A stretch of DNA of 64,000 nucleotides from a virus (Duplodnaviria; Caudoviricetes): IMG/VR virus record IMGVR_UViG_3300036402_000307, positions 657 through 64,656 of that record; one strand, given 5' to 3'. Each line of letters opens with the position of its first letter. Position 1 is the first letter of the stretch. Of the stretch, positions 1 to 9,015 are shown in pieces. A program made the position numbers and the translations under genes. Below the pieces are notes generated by a model, which saw only the letters and a program-made list of their open reading frames with translations, ran no database searches and was not told the DNA's origin.

Positions 1-98
1 GCATCGTTCTTGTGGTCGGCGCCATGCGCGGAAATATACGCGTTACACGCGGAGACGTTTTCGCTTTACACGCGGTCACAGGGCGCACTGCCGCGTCT

Positions 99-485
99 TC
101 AGGGAGACGGCTGCTGCCCGCGCATCTGGTCGTGCAGCCAGCCGATGAAGCCAGTGGTGTCGGACTTGTCGAACACCGCGTCGGCCCCGAGAGCTATGCA
201 ATGCGCGGCAATCCCCGGGGTGGCGTAGCTGCTGAAGACGACGACCTTGCCTGACTGCGGCCCCTGCTTGCAGTGCCGTACCACTCCCATCCCGGAGCCC
301 TGGTCCAGGACGAGGTCGATGATGGCCACGTCCCAGGCACCGGGATTGTCCTGCAGCCACAGCATCGCCTCCGCCTCGGTGCTCGCGGTCGCGACGATCC
401 GCAGGCCTCCGATGGCAGCGCAAAGGTCCCGAATCAGTTCGCGCATGCCCTGGAGGTCTTCCACCAGGAACACTCGCAAGTCCAT
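99..485 (-). CDS. Stand-alone response regulator receiver (CheY-like) protein, host gene
   Basis: VFLVED, DVAIIDLVL (phosphoacceptor D), GADAVFDK; GGAG RBS before ATG 485; lies outside att. Confidence 0.85.
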   Translation of the reverse strand: MDLRVFLVEDLQGMRELIRDLCAAIGGLRIVATASTEAEAMLWLQDNPGAWDVAIIDLVLDQGSGMGVVRHCKQGPQSGKVVVFSSYATPGIAAHCIALGADAVFDKSDTTGFIGWLHDQMRGQQPSP

Positions 486-675
486 AGCGTCTCCGGCGAA
501 CAACTTGTTTGCTCAATTGTGCGCGGCGGGGCTGTCGAGCAGGCTCTTGAGTAGCAAGTACCAAGAACAGCCTACGTTGATTTGCGCCCGGGTCGGGCGA
601 GCGCGGACGGGCGGTGCGGCAGGCCGACACCTCTGCGGCGCCTTCGCTGACAGCCGCGGCGGGGCGCCGCCAATG

Positions 676-712
676 AAAAAGGGCTTGCTGCCCGATCGTG
701 GCAGCAAACCCC
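676..712 (-). terminator. Intrinsic terminator downstream of the tRNA 3' end
   Basis: Minus strand GGGTTTGCTGCC-loop-GGCAGCAAGCCC followed by TTTTT. Confidence 0.75.
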
Positions 713-720
713 TGGCGGTT

Positions 721-769
721 TGGTAGGACGTGCAGGATTCGAACCTGCGACCAACGGATTAAAAGTCCG
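721..769 (-). repeat. Prophage att site: duplicated 3' half of tRNA-Lys(UUU)
   Basis: Minus strand CGGA-CTTTTAA-TCCG TTGGTC GCAGG-TTCGAAT-CCTGC ACGTCCT ACCA; D arm and 5' acceptor strand absent. Confidence 0.9.
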
Positions 770-810
770 AAGAGAAAGTCTTTTAGATCAACCGCTTACT
801 GCAAATTCTA

Positions 811-880
811 TTCCGCAAACATCGGCGCAGTAGCTGAAATTCTCAGAGGAGAGGCGGCGGCAGTTCTGCGATTTGCGGAA
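811..880. repeat. Inverted 9-bp repeat beside att, possible integrase arm-type sites
   Basis: TTCCGCAAA (811-819) and TTTGCGGAA (872-880). Confidence 0.4.
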
Positions 881-1128
881 CAATATTCGGTCATGCGCCG
901 CGTCGACCTCAGCCTCTATTTCCTGCCGAACCCCAAATGCAACCCCGCCCACGTGGAGTTCGGCCGCCGAGGCCGGCCACCCGGCAAGTTGCCAGCCAGC
1001 CGCGCGGGCCGGCGAAGTGCAGTTCGGACAGCGGCAGACGAGGCGTGATCCCGCCCTATTTCGCTCCCGGATCCGGCTGGTACCAGCCCGGCCAGTGGGC
1101 CCCAGGATCTGAGACGGCCCGCAAGACC

Positions 1129-1488
1129 ATGCGCGAGGCCGCGGTGCCCTGCAGCGTGGTGGTGCTGTACCGCAGCGGCACGCGGATCCCGGCGGCCGAA
1201 CTGCTGCGCGCCGAACCGCCCTCGGGCTACCTCCTGTGCTTGGACGACTACACGCAGCCCAAGTGGCACGCGCGCCTGTTTCGTGACGAGGAGATGCGCA
1301 AGGATGCGCTGCCGCGGCTGATGCACGCCGAGCTCGAGAGGCAGAACGAAGGCGTGCGGCTCTACGGGGGCGTCGAGTTCGCCGAGCACGGCCGGCGGGA
1401 AGATCGGCAGGCTTGGCTTTGCACGCCCACCCAGGAGCGCGCCAGAGTGATCATCCTGGAAATGCTGCATCGCGAAGGAGGTGCCTGA
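1129..1488 (+). CDS. Hypothetical protein upstream of SRAP
   Basis: ORF with high GC3; start uncertain. Confidence 0.65.
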   Translation: MREAAVPCSVVVLYRSGTRIPAAELLRAEPPSGYLLCLDDYTQPKWHARLFRDEEMRKDALPRLMHAELERQNEGVRLYGGVEFAEHGRREDRQAWLCTPTQERARVIILEMLHREGGA

Positions 1489-1520
1489 TGGACCACGAAC
1501 AGGCAACGGGAACGTAGACG

Positions 1521-2258
1521 ATGTGCAATCGCTACCGCGCCGCCAGCGTCACGCGCATCCGCGACGTCTTCGGCTTCACCTACATCGAGAGCGGGCCACC
1601 CCTGGAAGACCGGTACCGCACCACCGGAATCGGGCCGCTGCAGGCGGGGCCGTTCATCCGCGGGCGCGAGCTGGTCGTGGGGCAATGGTGCCTGACCCCG
1701 GACAAGAGCCCAACCCTGAAGCCGATCAATCGGCAGACCGGCCGGCCCATGTCGACGAACAACGCCAGGTGGAACCCCGCCCGCGGCCAGCCGGAGGCGC
1801 GCAGCTTCTGGGGCCCATGGGATCGCGGCCAGCGCTGCATCATCCCCGTCGAGGACTTCGAGGAACCGTACTGGGGGCATGGCGGCCCGAAGTGCATCTG
1901 GTGGCGCTTTCGCCGCGCGGACGGTGCCCCGCTGGCTGTCGCCGGCCTCTGGAACGAGTGGACCGATCCGGCAACCGGGAAGGTGATCCCGAGCTACACG
2001 ATGCTCACGATCAACTGCAACGCTCACCCTGTGCTGCGCCACATGCACCGGCCGGACCTCGGGCCCGACAAGCAGCCGCTGCCGCAGGATCAGCAGGACA
2101 AGCGCACGATCGTGACGCTGGAGCGTGAGCACTGGGATGCTTGGCTGCGCGGGGGCCGAGAAGATGCTGCAGCGCTCGTTGGGCTGCCGGCGGCCGGCCT
2201 GTACGCACACGGCGCGACGGACCCGGCCCAGCAGGTGGCTCTGCCGATCGAGGGATAG
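1521..2258 (+). CDS. SOS response-associated peptidase (SRAP/YedK/HMCES family)
   Basis: N-terminal MCNRY (catalytic Cys2), NAR, RCIIP..FEEP, AGLW, MH motifs. Confidence 0.9.
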   Translation: MCNRYRAASVTRIRDVFGFTYIESGPPLEDRYRTTGIGPLQAGPFIRGRELVVGQWCLTPDKSPTLKPINRQTGRPMSTNNARWNPARGQPEARSFWGPWDRGQRCIIPVEDFEEPYWGHGGPKCIWWRFRRADGAPLAVAGLWNEWTDPATGKVIPSYTMLTINCNAHPVLRHMHRPDLGPDKQPLPQDQQDKRTIVTLEREHWDAWLRGGREDAAALVGLPAAGLYAHGATDPAQQVALPIEG

Positions 2259-2340
2259 CCGCCTGGCCGGCGTGATCAGTCCGGATTGGCTGAAAATAAA
2301 GCGCCAGGGCTGGCAGGAAGGCCGCACGTGGCGCTGGTGA
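2252..2340 (+). pseudogene. Possible C-terminal remnant of an ATP-dependent DNA ligase
   Basis: Frame reads DSRLAGVISPDWLKIKRQGW*, resembling ligase motif V (G.RS..WLKIK); no start codon. Confidence 0.45.
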
Positions 2341-2417
2341 CGGGCATCACAGCCAGCCCGCATCAAGGCGCCCAGAATCACCCTGCCCGCCACCCTGACG
2401 AGCAACCAAGTAGCTTC

Positions 2418-2445
2418 GGGGCCGCCACCGCGCGGCCCCTTTTTT
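2418..2445 (+). terminator. Intrinsic terminator
   Basis: GGGGCCGC-loop-GCGGCCCC followed by TTTTTT. Confidence 0.8.
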
Positions 2446-2460
2446 GTATCATCCGCCCCG

Positions 2461-3135
2461 ATGAAGGCCATGGTCGCGTTATACCTGCTGGCGCTGCACC
2501 TAGTGCTGGGCGTGGCGCTGCTCAAGCCCGGCGCTCTGGCCCGCGTGTGGCTTGGCCAGTCCGAACAGGTCCGCTTCATTGTGGAAATGCGCCACATCCA
2601 CGGCAGGACTGATCCGCTCGTGCCGGCGGGAGCCGTGATCTTCCTTGGCGACAGCATCACGCAGTTTCTGCCGGTCAGCGCCATCGCGCCGCTTTCCGTG
2701 AACTACGGCATCAGCGGGCAGCGCTCCGACCAGTTGCTTGAATCCATGGACCGCTACGCGTCGATGGCTCGGGCTTCGGCCGTCGTCGTGATGATCGGCA
2801 CGAACGACCTGTACCAGGGCCGCGAGCAAGGACTGGAGGCGCGTTACCGGGCCATCCTGGCGAAAGTGCCGGCGGGCGTGCCGGTGGTGCTGAGCGGGAT
2901 TCCGCCGATGGCCGGGAAGGACGTGCGCCCGCTGGTGGGGGCGGCTCGATCGGCCTGCCAAGCCGATGTCCGCTGCCGGTTCGTGGATGCCGCGGTGACG
3001 CCCGACATGCTCACCGATGGCGTCCACCTGAGCGCGCGAGGCTATGCCGCCTGGGTGGCCGCGTTGCGCGCTTCGGGCCACATAGCGGCCGACCTTCGGC
3101 TTCAGCCAAGCCGGTTGTCTCGGGACAGCTGGTAG
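2461..3135 (+). CDS. SGNH/GDSL hydrolase with N-terminal hydrophobic anchor
   Basis: FLGDSIT, NYGISG, MIGTND, DGVH catalytic blocks. Confidence 0.9.
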   Translation: MKAMVALYLLALHLVLGVALLKPGALARVWLGQSEQVRFIVEMRHIHGRTDPLVPAGAVIFLGDSITQFLPVSAIAPLSVNYGISGQRSDQLLESMDRYASMARASAVVVMIGTNDLYQGREQGLEARYRAILAKVPAGVPVVLSGIPPMAGKDVRPLVGAARSACQADVRCRFVDAAVTPDMLTDGVHLSARGYAAWVAALRASGHIAADLRLQPSRLSRDSW

Positions 3136-3138
3136 ATC

Positions 3139-3438
3139 TCAGGCTTCGGTGACCGGCTTGAGCACCTGCTCTGGCACGACGCCCTCATCGCCATCTTCCC
3201 AGAGGATGTAGACCGAGTCGCCCGCAGGCCGCCAGCAGCCGAAGTAGCGCTGCCCGCCGAAGCGGCCTTGTACCTTGTTCCATCCTTCGCGCGATCCCTC
3301 CGGCATGCGTGCGATCGTCTCGGCGCTCACGCAAGGCGAGTCGAACACGCGGACCTCGTCGTCACCTTGGCGGGCTACGCGCTCGCCGGCCAGAGCGGGC
3401 GCGGCGGCGACCAGCAGGATCAGGATGAGAGCGCGCAT
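3139..3438 (-). CDS. Small secreted protein
   Basis: Signal peptide MRALILILLVAAAPALA; AGGAGG RBS. Confidence 0.75.
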   Translation of the reverse strand: MRALILILLVAAAPALAGERVARQGDDEVRVFDSPCVSAETIARMPEGSREGWNKVQGRFGGQRYFGCWRPAGDSVYILWEDGDEGVVPEQVLKPVTEA

Positions 3439-3526
3439 GGGGAGCCTCCTAAGGACGTGGTGAAGAACCGGTGCGGGGCATTGCCAGGGTTGGGACCGCA
3501 CAGGCTTTGCGCCTACACTGCCCGGC

Positions 3527-3817
3527 ATGCGGTGGCTGCTGCTCATCTGCTTGGTGCTTGCCGGCTGCGAAGGCGAGCAGGCCCACCCGCGGCGCTCACC
3601 GAAGGAGCGGCAGGAAGCAGCGGAAGTGAAGCTGGGAAAGACGCCGGTGCCGAGGGTGTACCGCTACCCGGACGGGGAACTGCGCGTGCTGGAGGTGCCG
3701 GTAAAGGACGGCAGCAGCTTCGTCGATCAGCAGCGCTGTTTCGTCTGGAGGGACGAGCAGTACAAGACGGCCAGCATCAGCTGCGGGCAAATGCCCGACG
3801 TCTTGCTGGCGAACTGA
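3527..3817 (+). CDS. Small lipoprotein
   Basis: Lipobox LAGC after a hydrophobic signal. Confidence 0.75.
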   Translation: MRWLLLICLVLAGCEGEQAHPRRSPKERQEAAEVKLGKTPVPRVYRYPDGELRVLEVPVKDGSSFVDQQRCFVWRDEQYKTASISCGQMPDVLLAN

Positions 3818-3837
3818 CGGCGACGCACAATGCGTCC

Positions 3838-4020
3838 ATGCCCAAAAGACAGGCCAAGCCACAGAGCCCGTTGCGCAAGATACATAACGCCGTGAAGGCG
3901 ATGGATCCGCTGCGCGGCCCGAACCTGTTGCGCCACAGTGCGCAGCGCATCCAGGACAACGGCGACGGCACGCTCACGGTCAAGCGGCGCTTGCCCTATG
4001 CGCGGAACCAACCGTTATGA
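3838..4020 (+). CDS. Small basic hypothetical protein
   Basis: 60-aa ORF MPKRQAKP..., stop overlaps next start (ATGA). Confidence 0.5.
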   Translation: MPKRQAKPQSPLRKIHNAVKAMDPLRGPNLLRHSAQRIQDNGDGTLTVKRRLPYARNQPL

Positions 4021-4172
4021 AGCTCCTGAATCAGTACGACGTCGACGAAATGACGCCTGAGGACGTCGAGTTCATCATGCGCTGGGCCGCCATCGCAGGT
4101 GCCGGTCTGGCGCTCGTGAGCTCGGCCATGCTCGTGCTCGCAGTGGTGGAACTGGTCCGACGCCTGGCCTAG
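4017..4172 (+). CDS. Small single-TM protein (below ORF-track cutoff)
   Basis: MKLLNQYDVDEMTPEDVEFIMRWAAIAGAGLALVSSAMLVLAVVELVRRLA. Confidence 0.55.
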   Translation: MKLLNQYDVDEMTPEDVEFIMRWAAIAGAGLALVSSAMLVLAVVELVRRLA

Positions 4173-7100
4173 TTCTTCTCGTCGCCGTCGACCGTCAGCC
4201 CCTCGCGCAGGCGCTGCTTCTTCTCTAGCGCCTTCGCCCGTTCCTTTTCCATGACGTTGTCGCTGATGGCGCCCTTAGCATTCAGGCGCTGCAGCTTGTG
4301 CACTTCGGCATCGATGTCGCGGACCATTTTGTTGCGCAGGTTGCCGTCGATCTTCTCGGCCATCTCCAGATCGATCGGGCGCACCTTGATGCCGAAGGTT
4401 TGCGCCGCGGCGTACTTCGCCTGCACGGGGTTGCCGTCGCGCCCGATGCCGGTGTAGTTCTCGGCGATCACCTCCGGCAGCCACTTGATTTCCCCGCCCG
4501 AAGCCTGGGCCAACGCGTTCATGCCGCGCTCCCAGTGGTAGTTGCCCATCGCGATGGCGGGGCTCAGCTGCTTCCAGACCCAGTCCGCGCGCTTGGTTGC
4601 AGCCTCCCCTCGCGTGTCGTTGGTATCGACCAAGTCCTTGCCGAAGAACAGGTCCTTGTTGCCGATCATCGCCACGGCCGTGGTGAACAGCGGGTGGCTG
4701 GGCGTGATCGGCTGCGGCAGCGGGATGCCCCCCGCGTTCGGGCTGACGTCGAACAGGTCTCCACCGGGGATGATCCGGCTGACGTCGATGAACAGCGGCA
4801 GCTTCGTGACCTCGTCCATGCCCAGCCGGATGGCGCGCGGCGTGAACAGGGCGGTGGTACCGCGCATCCAGCTGGGGAGGTGCTCGCGCTCGAGCTTTTC
4901 CTTGACCCGCACCTTGTCGCGGAACTCCGCGTCGGTGAGCAGCTTGCGCAGTGAGGTGTCCCAGCTGTCGTCGTCATCGCCGGACGCGATCGCATAGGAG
5001 ATGGCGTTGGCGGCGAGCAGCACCGCCGCGGGCCCGGCGAAGCGCACCGGGTGCGTGAGCGCGGTGTGCAGCAGCGCCGGAGCCGCCTTGTAGGTGTAGC
5101 TGAAAAACGGGATGCCGAAGTCGCGCACCAGCCGGGCGCCCTTGGGCAGGTCGTCGTAGGTGAAGATGTAGCGCTGGGCGTAGTCGACGGAGTCCTGCGG
5201 CTCCATGCCGCGCTCGCGGGCATCCTTGTAGATCAGGTACCGAAAGAACGTGTCCTCGGCCTGGTAGGCCCAGCCCATGGGCCGGCGCAGGAAGAAGGTC
5301 ATCACGTCGAAGCCGGTGCGCGCCGCCTTCAGGGCCGTGGACTCCTGCGAGCGCACCATGGCCTTGAGGTCTTCGGGCAGCACGTTCATCAGCTCGGCGT
5401 CGCTTAGCGTCCCCAGGAACAGGCCGGCCTCCTTGGCTTCCTTCACGCGATCGGCATGGACCGCGAAGTCCCGCGCCGCGGCGATGTACTTGTCCGCCCG
5501 CAAGTACCCGATGCCGGCGAAGTGCGCCATCGTCAGGTTCGACAGCATGTTGTTGACGTGGCTGACCGGGTTCATCGAGGTCTTACCCATCTTCCAGACG
5601 GCCATGGCCTGCCGGTACATGCGCCACGCGGCGGACTGCACCTCCTCGATCTGCGACAGGTGGCTCATGGTGTCCTGGGACACCCAGCGGCCCGCGAGCT
5701 GGCCGTACCGCTTCGCCCCGGTACCGGGCACGGTGCCGTCCGGGACCTGCACGCTGAAAGCCTCGGTCTCCTTCTTGCCGGACATCTCCGCGTTCCCGGC
5801 CAGCTGTTCGAACATCCTCCCGAGGGCGATGTCGCGCTGCGTCTGCATGTAGCCCATGACGAACCGGAAGCCGGCGTCGCGGATCTCGCCCATCTTGTTG
5901 CGCTCGTCGCGGGTGAAGTCGCGCCAGACCTGCACCGTGTCTTCCGGGGCAACCTCGCCCTGCAGGATCTTCTGGCTGATGCCGGCGCCGTCGGAACCGT
6001 TGAAATCCTGGTCACGCACCTCCCAGCCGAGGGACTCCCACTCGGCAACCGAGCTGGCCGGGATCGTTTCGTACAGGCCGCGGCCGCGCAAGTGCTTGCC
6101 CTTGATGCCGGCCATCACCTTCTGACGGCCCAGCATGCGGTGCATCGCATCGGCCCAGGCGTCACCCACCTGTTTGCCCAGCTTGGACTGGTAGTACCGC
6201 GGCAGGTACTTGCCGCGCCACAGGTCGGCACTGTCCTTGGTCAGCATGCCCAGGCGGACCAGTTCGTCGGTCTGGGCGCTCATGCTGGCGTTGATCATCG
6301 CGGCCAAGCGCACGGCGTGCTCCGGCGGCACCGTGCCGGCGGCCAGTTCCTGCTCGATCAGGTCGGACACCATGGCCCGCTCGTCGGGCGACAGCTTCAT
6401 GGCCTCGCCGGCCACGGCGGCCGCGGTCTCCTGCGCCTTGGCGACCTGCACCTTCATCTCGCGCAGCGCACGGCGTAGCGCCGGGCTGGCGGCCTTGAAC
6501 TGCAGCTTCGTCAGCAGCGGGCCGGCGGCGGTTCCGAGCTTGTCGTACAGCCACGCGCCGGGGGCAAACTGCAGGCGGCCGGTGGCGTCGCGCCAGGGAG
6601 AGGTTTCGGGCCGGGCCGGCACGGCAGCTTCATCCTGCTGGCCGGCGGTGGCGCCCCGCGCGTGCATGATGTTCGCGTCGAATGGGTCGAAGGTGCCGCG
6701 GTTGCCGGTGGCGGACTTGATCTGCGCCGGGTCGTACACCGCGAGGTTCTTCGTGTCCTCGTTCACGTAGAAACCGTCGTGCCCCAGGTGCTTGATCGCG
6801 TCCTGCACCTGCTTTCGCTCGATCAGGTCCCAGTTCCTGCCCTCGGCCAGCCCCGCATCCAGCACGCCCTTGGTGTAGAGCGTCTCGCGGCCATCCAGAA
6901 TCAGCGCCTTCTGGCCGTCGCCTTGGGTGTACGTCTCGGCCGTTTCGAAGACGCGATCAACCACGGCAGCGCGCTGGGTCGGGTTTTCGTAGTCGAATGG
7001 GTTGCGGGCACGCACGTACGCCGGCATCACGTTGGGGGAGCGGTCGCCGAACATGGATCCGACCTGCGCATAGTGGCTGGCGACTGCCGGGTCTGCCGTC

Positions 7101-8281
7101 AGGAATACGGCGCCCATGTCGGTGTGCGGGCCCGGCCGGCTCGGTTCGAAGGCGGTTACATTGTTGCCGGTGCCGTGGTACATCACCAGCGGCTTGCCCT
7201 CAGCGTCCACCACCTTGCTGTCGCCGAACCACGCGCGGAACGAGTCGGTTTCGGTCTGGTCGGCGCCGCGCGCTTGCATCGGCCCGTCCTCCCGCGCGGC
7301 CGCGACCGCCAGCTGCCCGCCGCCCGCGGTGCGCGCGCCGGCCTCGAGGTTGCGCATGGACAGCACCAGCATGCCTTGCAGTTCAGCGTTCGTGAACTGC
7401 ACCTTGATGCCCAAGTCCCGCAGGAACTGCGCCACCTTGGCCCACACCGCCTTCAGGAACCCGAAGCCCGGGTGGAAGTTGCCGTTCTCGTCGATCGCCT
7501 CCTCCACTGCCTTGGCGGCGATTTCGTCGGCCTCCTGCGATGCGCTCAGGTAGAACTGGCCGCTGGCGTCGACGTAGGTTTCGCGCACGAAAGCCTGGAT
7601 GCGGCGCAACTCCTTGTTGCCGGCCTTCACGCCCAGCTGGATGTTCGCCATCAGCTGCTTCCAGTCCTCGCGGCCCAGCATGTCCCGCAGGCCGTAGTGC
7701 GCCACCGTTTCGTGGGCCAGGGTCCGCGACACGGCTCGCCGCATGGTAGGTCCGTTGCGGTGCGCGCCGGCCACGATCCAGACCTGCCCGCGCTCGTACA
7801 GGCCGCGAACATCCGAGGGGTTGTCTCCAGGCAGGTCCGCGGCGGTCTGCACCACAGTGACCTTGGGGCCGCCCTTCCAGCTGCCCGTCACCTCGTCGAC
7901 GATCTTCTGCACGTCCGCCGCGCGCGCGCCGCGCATGGTGCGGATCTGGGCCCGGGCCTCCTCCAAGGTGAGGCCGGAAGGCATGGGCTCGTCGCCGCGC
8001 TTTTGCGCCGGTGCTTCGGCGGTCGCCGTTTCAGTGGCAGCGACGGCCGGCTCGTTCGCAGCGTCCTGCACCGGTGCCGCGTCCGGCTTCTTGAACTGCG
8101 CCTGCGACAGCGGCTTCAGCTCCGCGTCGACCGTGTCAATCCGTTCCTGCACCGCCTGCACGGCAGCAGTCTTCGTGTCCACCCCCTCGGCGCGCAGTTC
8201 GCGGGCGCGCGATAGGATCGCAGCCCGGTCGGCCGTGGTGATCGCGTCACCGGCTTTCTTCAGGCAACTGGTCAGGCTCAT
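4169..8281 (-). CDS. Large polyvalent virion/ejection protein with zincin-like and ART-like domains
   Basis: HETVAHYG (HExxxH); FRAWFGDSKVVD..PLVMYHGT, FLT, GHDG, DPAQIKSATGNRGTF typical of ART-PolyVal; helical C-terminal region. Confidence 0.75.
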   Translation of the reverse strand: MSLTSCLKKAGDAITTADRAAILSRARELRAEGVDTKTAAVQAVQERIDTVDAELKPLSQAQFKKPDAAPVQDAANEPAVAATETATAEAPAQKRGDEPMPSGLTLEEARAQIRTMRGARAADVQKIVDEVTGSWKGGPKVTVVQTAADLPGDNPSDVRGLYERGQVWIVAGAHRNGPTMRRAVSRTLAHETVAHYGLRDMLGREDWKQLMANIQLGVKAGNKELRRIQAFVRETYVDASGQFYLSASQEADEIAAKAVEEAIDENGNFHPGFGFLKAVWAKVAQFLRDLGIKVQFTNAELQGMLVLSMRNLEAGARTAGGGQLAVAAAREDGPMQARGADQTETDSFRAWFGDSKVVDAEGKPLVMYHGTGNNVTAFEPSRPGPHTDMGAVFLTADPAVASHYAQVGSMFGDRSPNVMPAYVRARNPFDYENPTQRAAVVDRVFETAETYTQGDGQKALILDGRETLYTKGVLDAGLAEGRNWDLIERKQVQDAIKHLGHDGFYVNEDTKNLAVYDPAQIKSATGNRGTFDPFDANIMHARGATAGQQDEAAVPARPETSPWRDATGRLQFAPGAWLYDKLGTAAGPLLTKLQFKAASPALRRALREMKVQVAKAQETAAAVAGEAMKLSPDERAMVSDLIEQELAAGTVPPEHAVRLAAMINASMSAQTDELVRLGMLTKDSADLWRGKYLPRYYQSKLGKQVGDAWADAMHRMLGRQKVMAGIKGKHLRGRGLYETIPASSVAEWESLGWEVRDQDFNGSDGAGISQKILQGEVAPEDTVQVWRDFTRDERNKMGEIRDAGFRFVMGYMQTQRDIALGRMFEQLAGNAEMSGKKETEAFSVQVPDGTVPGTGAKRYGQLAGRWVSQDTMSHLSQIEEVQSAAWRMYRQAMAVWKMGKTSMNPVSHVNNMLSNLTMAHFAGIGYLRADKYIAAARDFAVHADRVKEAKEAGLFLGTLSDAELMNVLPEDLKAMVRSQESTALKAARTGFDVMTFFLRRPMGWAYQAEDTFFRYLIYKDARERGMEPQDSVDYAQRYIFTYDDLPKGARLVRDFGIPFFSYTYKAAPALLHTALTHPVRFAGPAAVLLAANAISYAIASGDDDDSWDTSLRKLLTDAEFRDKVRVKEKLEREHLPSWMRGTTALFTPRAIRLGMDEVTKLPLFIDVSRIIPGGDLFDVSPNAGGIPLPQPITPSHPLFTTAVAMIGNKDLFFGKDLVDTNDTRGEAATKRADWVWKQLSPAIAMGNYHWERGMNALAQASGGEIKWLPEVIAENYTGIGRDGNPVQAKYAAAQTFGIKVRPIDLEMAEKIDGNLRNKMVRDIDAEVHKLQRLNAKGAISDNVMEKERAKALEKKQRLREGLTVDGDEKN

Positions 8282-9015
8282 TGAAAGGCTCCTGCTGCTG
8301 CAAGCTCGCAGACCATGCGGATCGCGAACTCGTTCTGCTGTCGGATGAAGGCGGCGGCCCGGTTCTGGGCGGCGGTGCGCGGCTTGGGCGCAGCGCGCCG
8401 GCCGGAGGCCCCAGCACCGCCGATCTGCGGGGATGGCTCCACCTCCTCGACCGGGGGCGGGATTTCAGCCGCCATGAAGGGACCGGAAAGCTCTGGCGCC
8501 CCGACGGCGTCAGCCGAAGCGATGCCGGTACCGGCGACGCACGCGGATACCTGCGGTTGCCCGATGGCCTCTGCGCTGCCGATCCCGCCGGCATCGGCGA
8601 TGTTTTGCGCCGGACCTGCCGCGGTCACGGCGGGCTGGCCGAGGGCCTCAGCCCCCGCAATCCCGGTGCCGGCAACAGCGATGCCCACCGCCGGCTGGCC
8701 GATGGCCTCGGCGGAAGGGACGCCCGCCGCGCTGACTTTCGCCTGCACTGCTGCGGAACCGACGGCCGCACCGGACGGGATGCCGGCCGCCGCTACTGCG
8801 GACATGACGCCGGGCTGGCCGAGCGCCTCCGCAGAAACGATGTCGCCGGCCCCGGTGATGCTGGCGTCCACTGCCGCCATGGCGGGCGAGCTCTGCAAGC
8901 GGCGCGGCACCGCCTGCCCGACGCCCTTGTTGTCCGGCTTCAGGTTGAACCGGCCGCCCTGCGCGCCACGCGGCGCCTTGACGTAGGGCAGCCGGCCCGG
9001 CCGCTTGAAGGACAC
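8278..9015 (-). CDS. Repeat-rich putative virion protein
   Basis: GTG start overlapping upstream TAG; about six GIxSAEAxGxPxV repeats. Confidence 0.65.
   Translation of the reverse strand: MSFKRPGRLPYVKAPRGAQGGRFNLKPDNKGVGQAVPRRLQSSPAMAAVDASITGAGDIVSAEALGQPGVMSAVAAAGIPSGAAVGSAAVQAKVSAAGVPSAEAIGQPAVGIAVAGTGIAGAEALGQPAVTAAGPAQNIADAGGIGSAEAIGQPQVSACVAGTGIASADAVGAPELSGPFMAAEIPPPVEEVEPSPQIGGAGASGRRAAPKPRTAAQNRAAAFIRQQNEFAIRMVCELAAAGAFQ

Noticed and set aside
721-769. Functional tRNA-Lys gene
   Set aside because: Only the anticodon arm to CCA is present; the 5' half is missing, so it is the att duplication.
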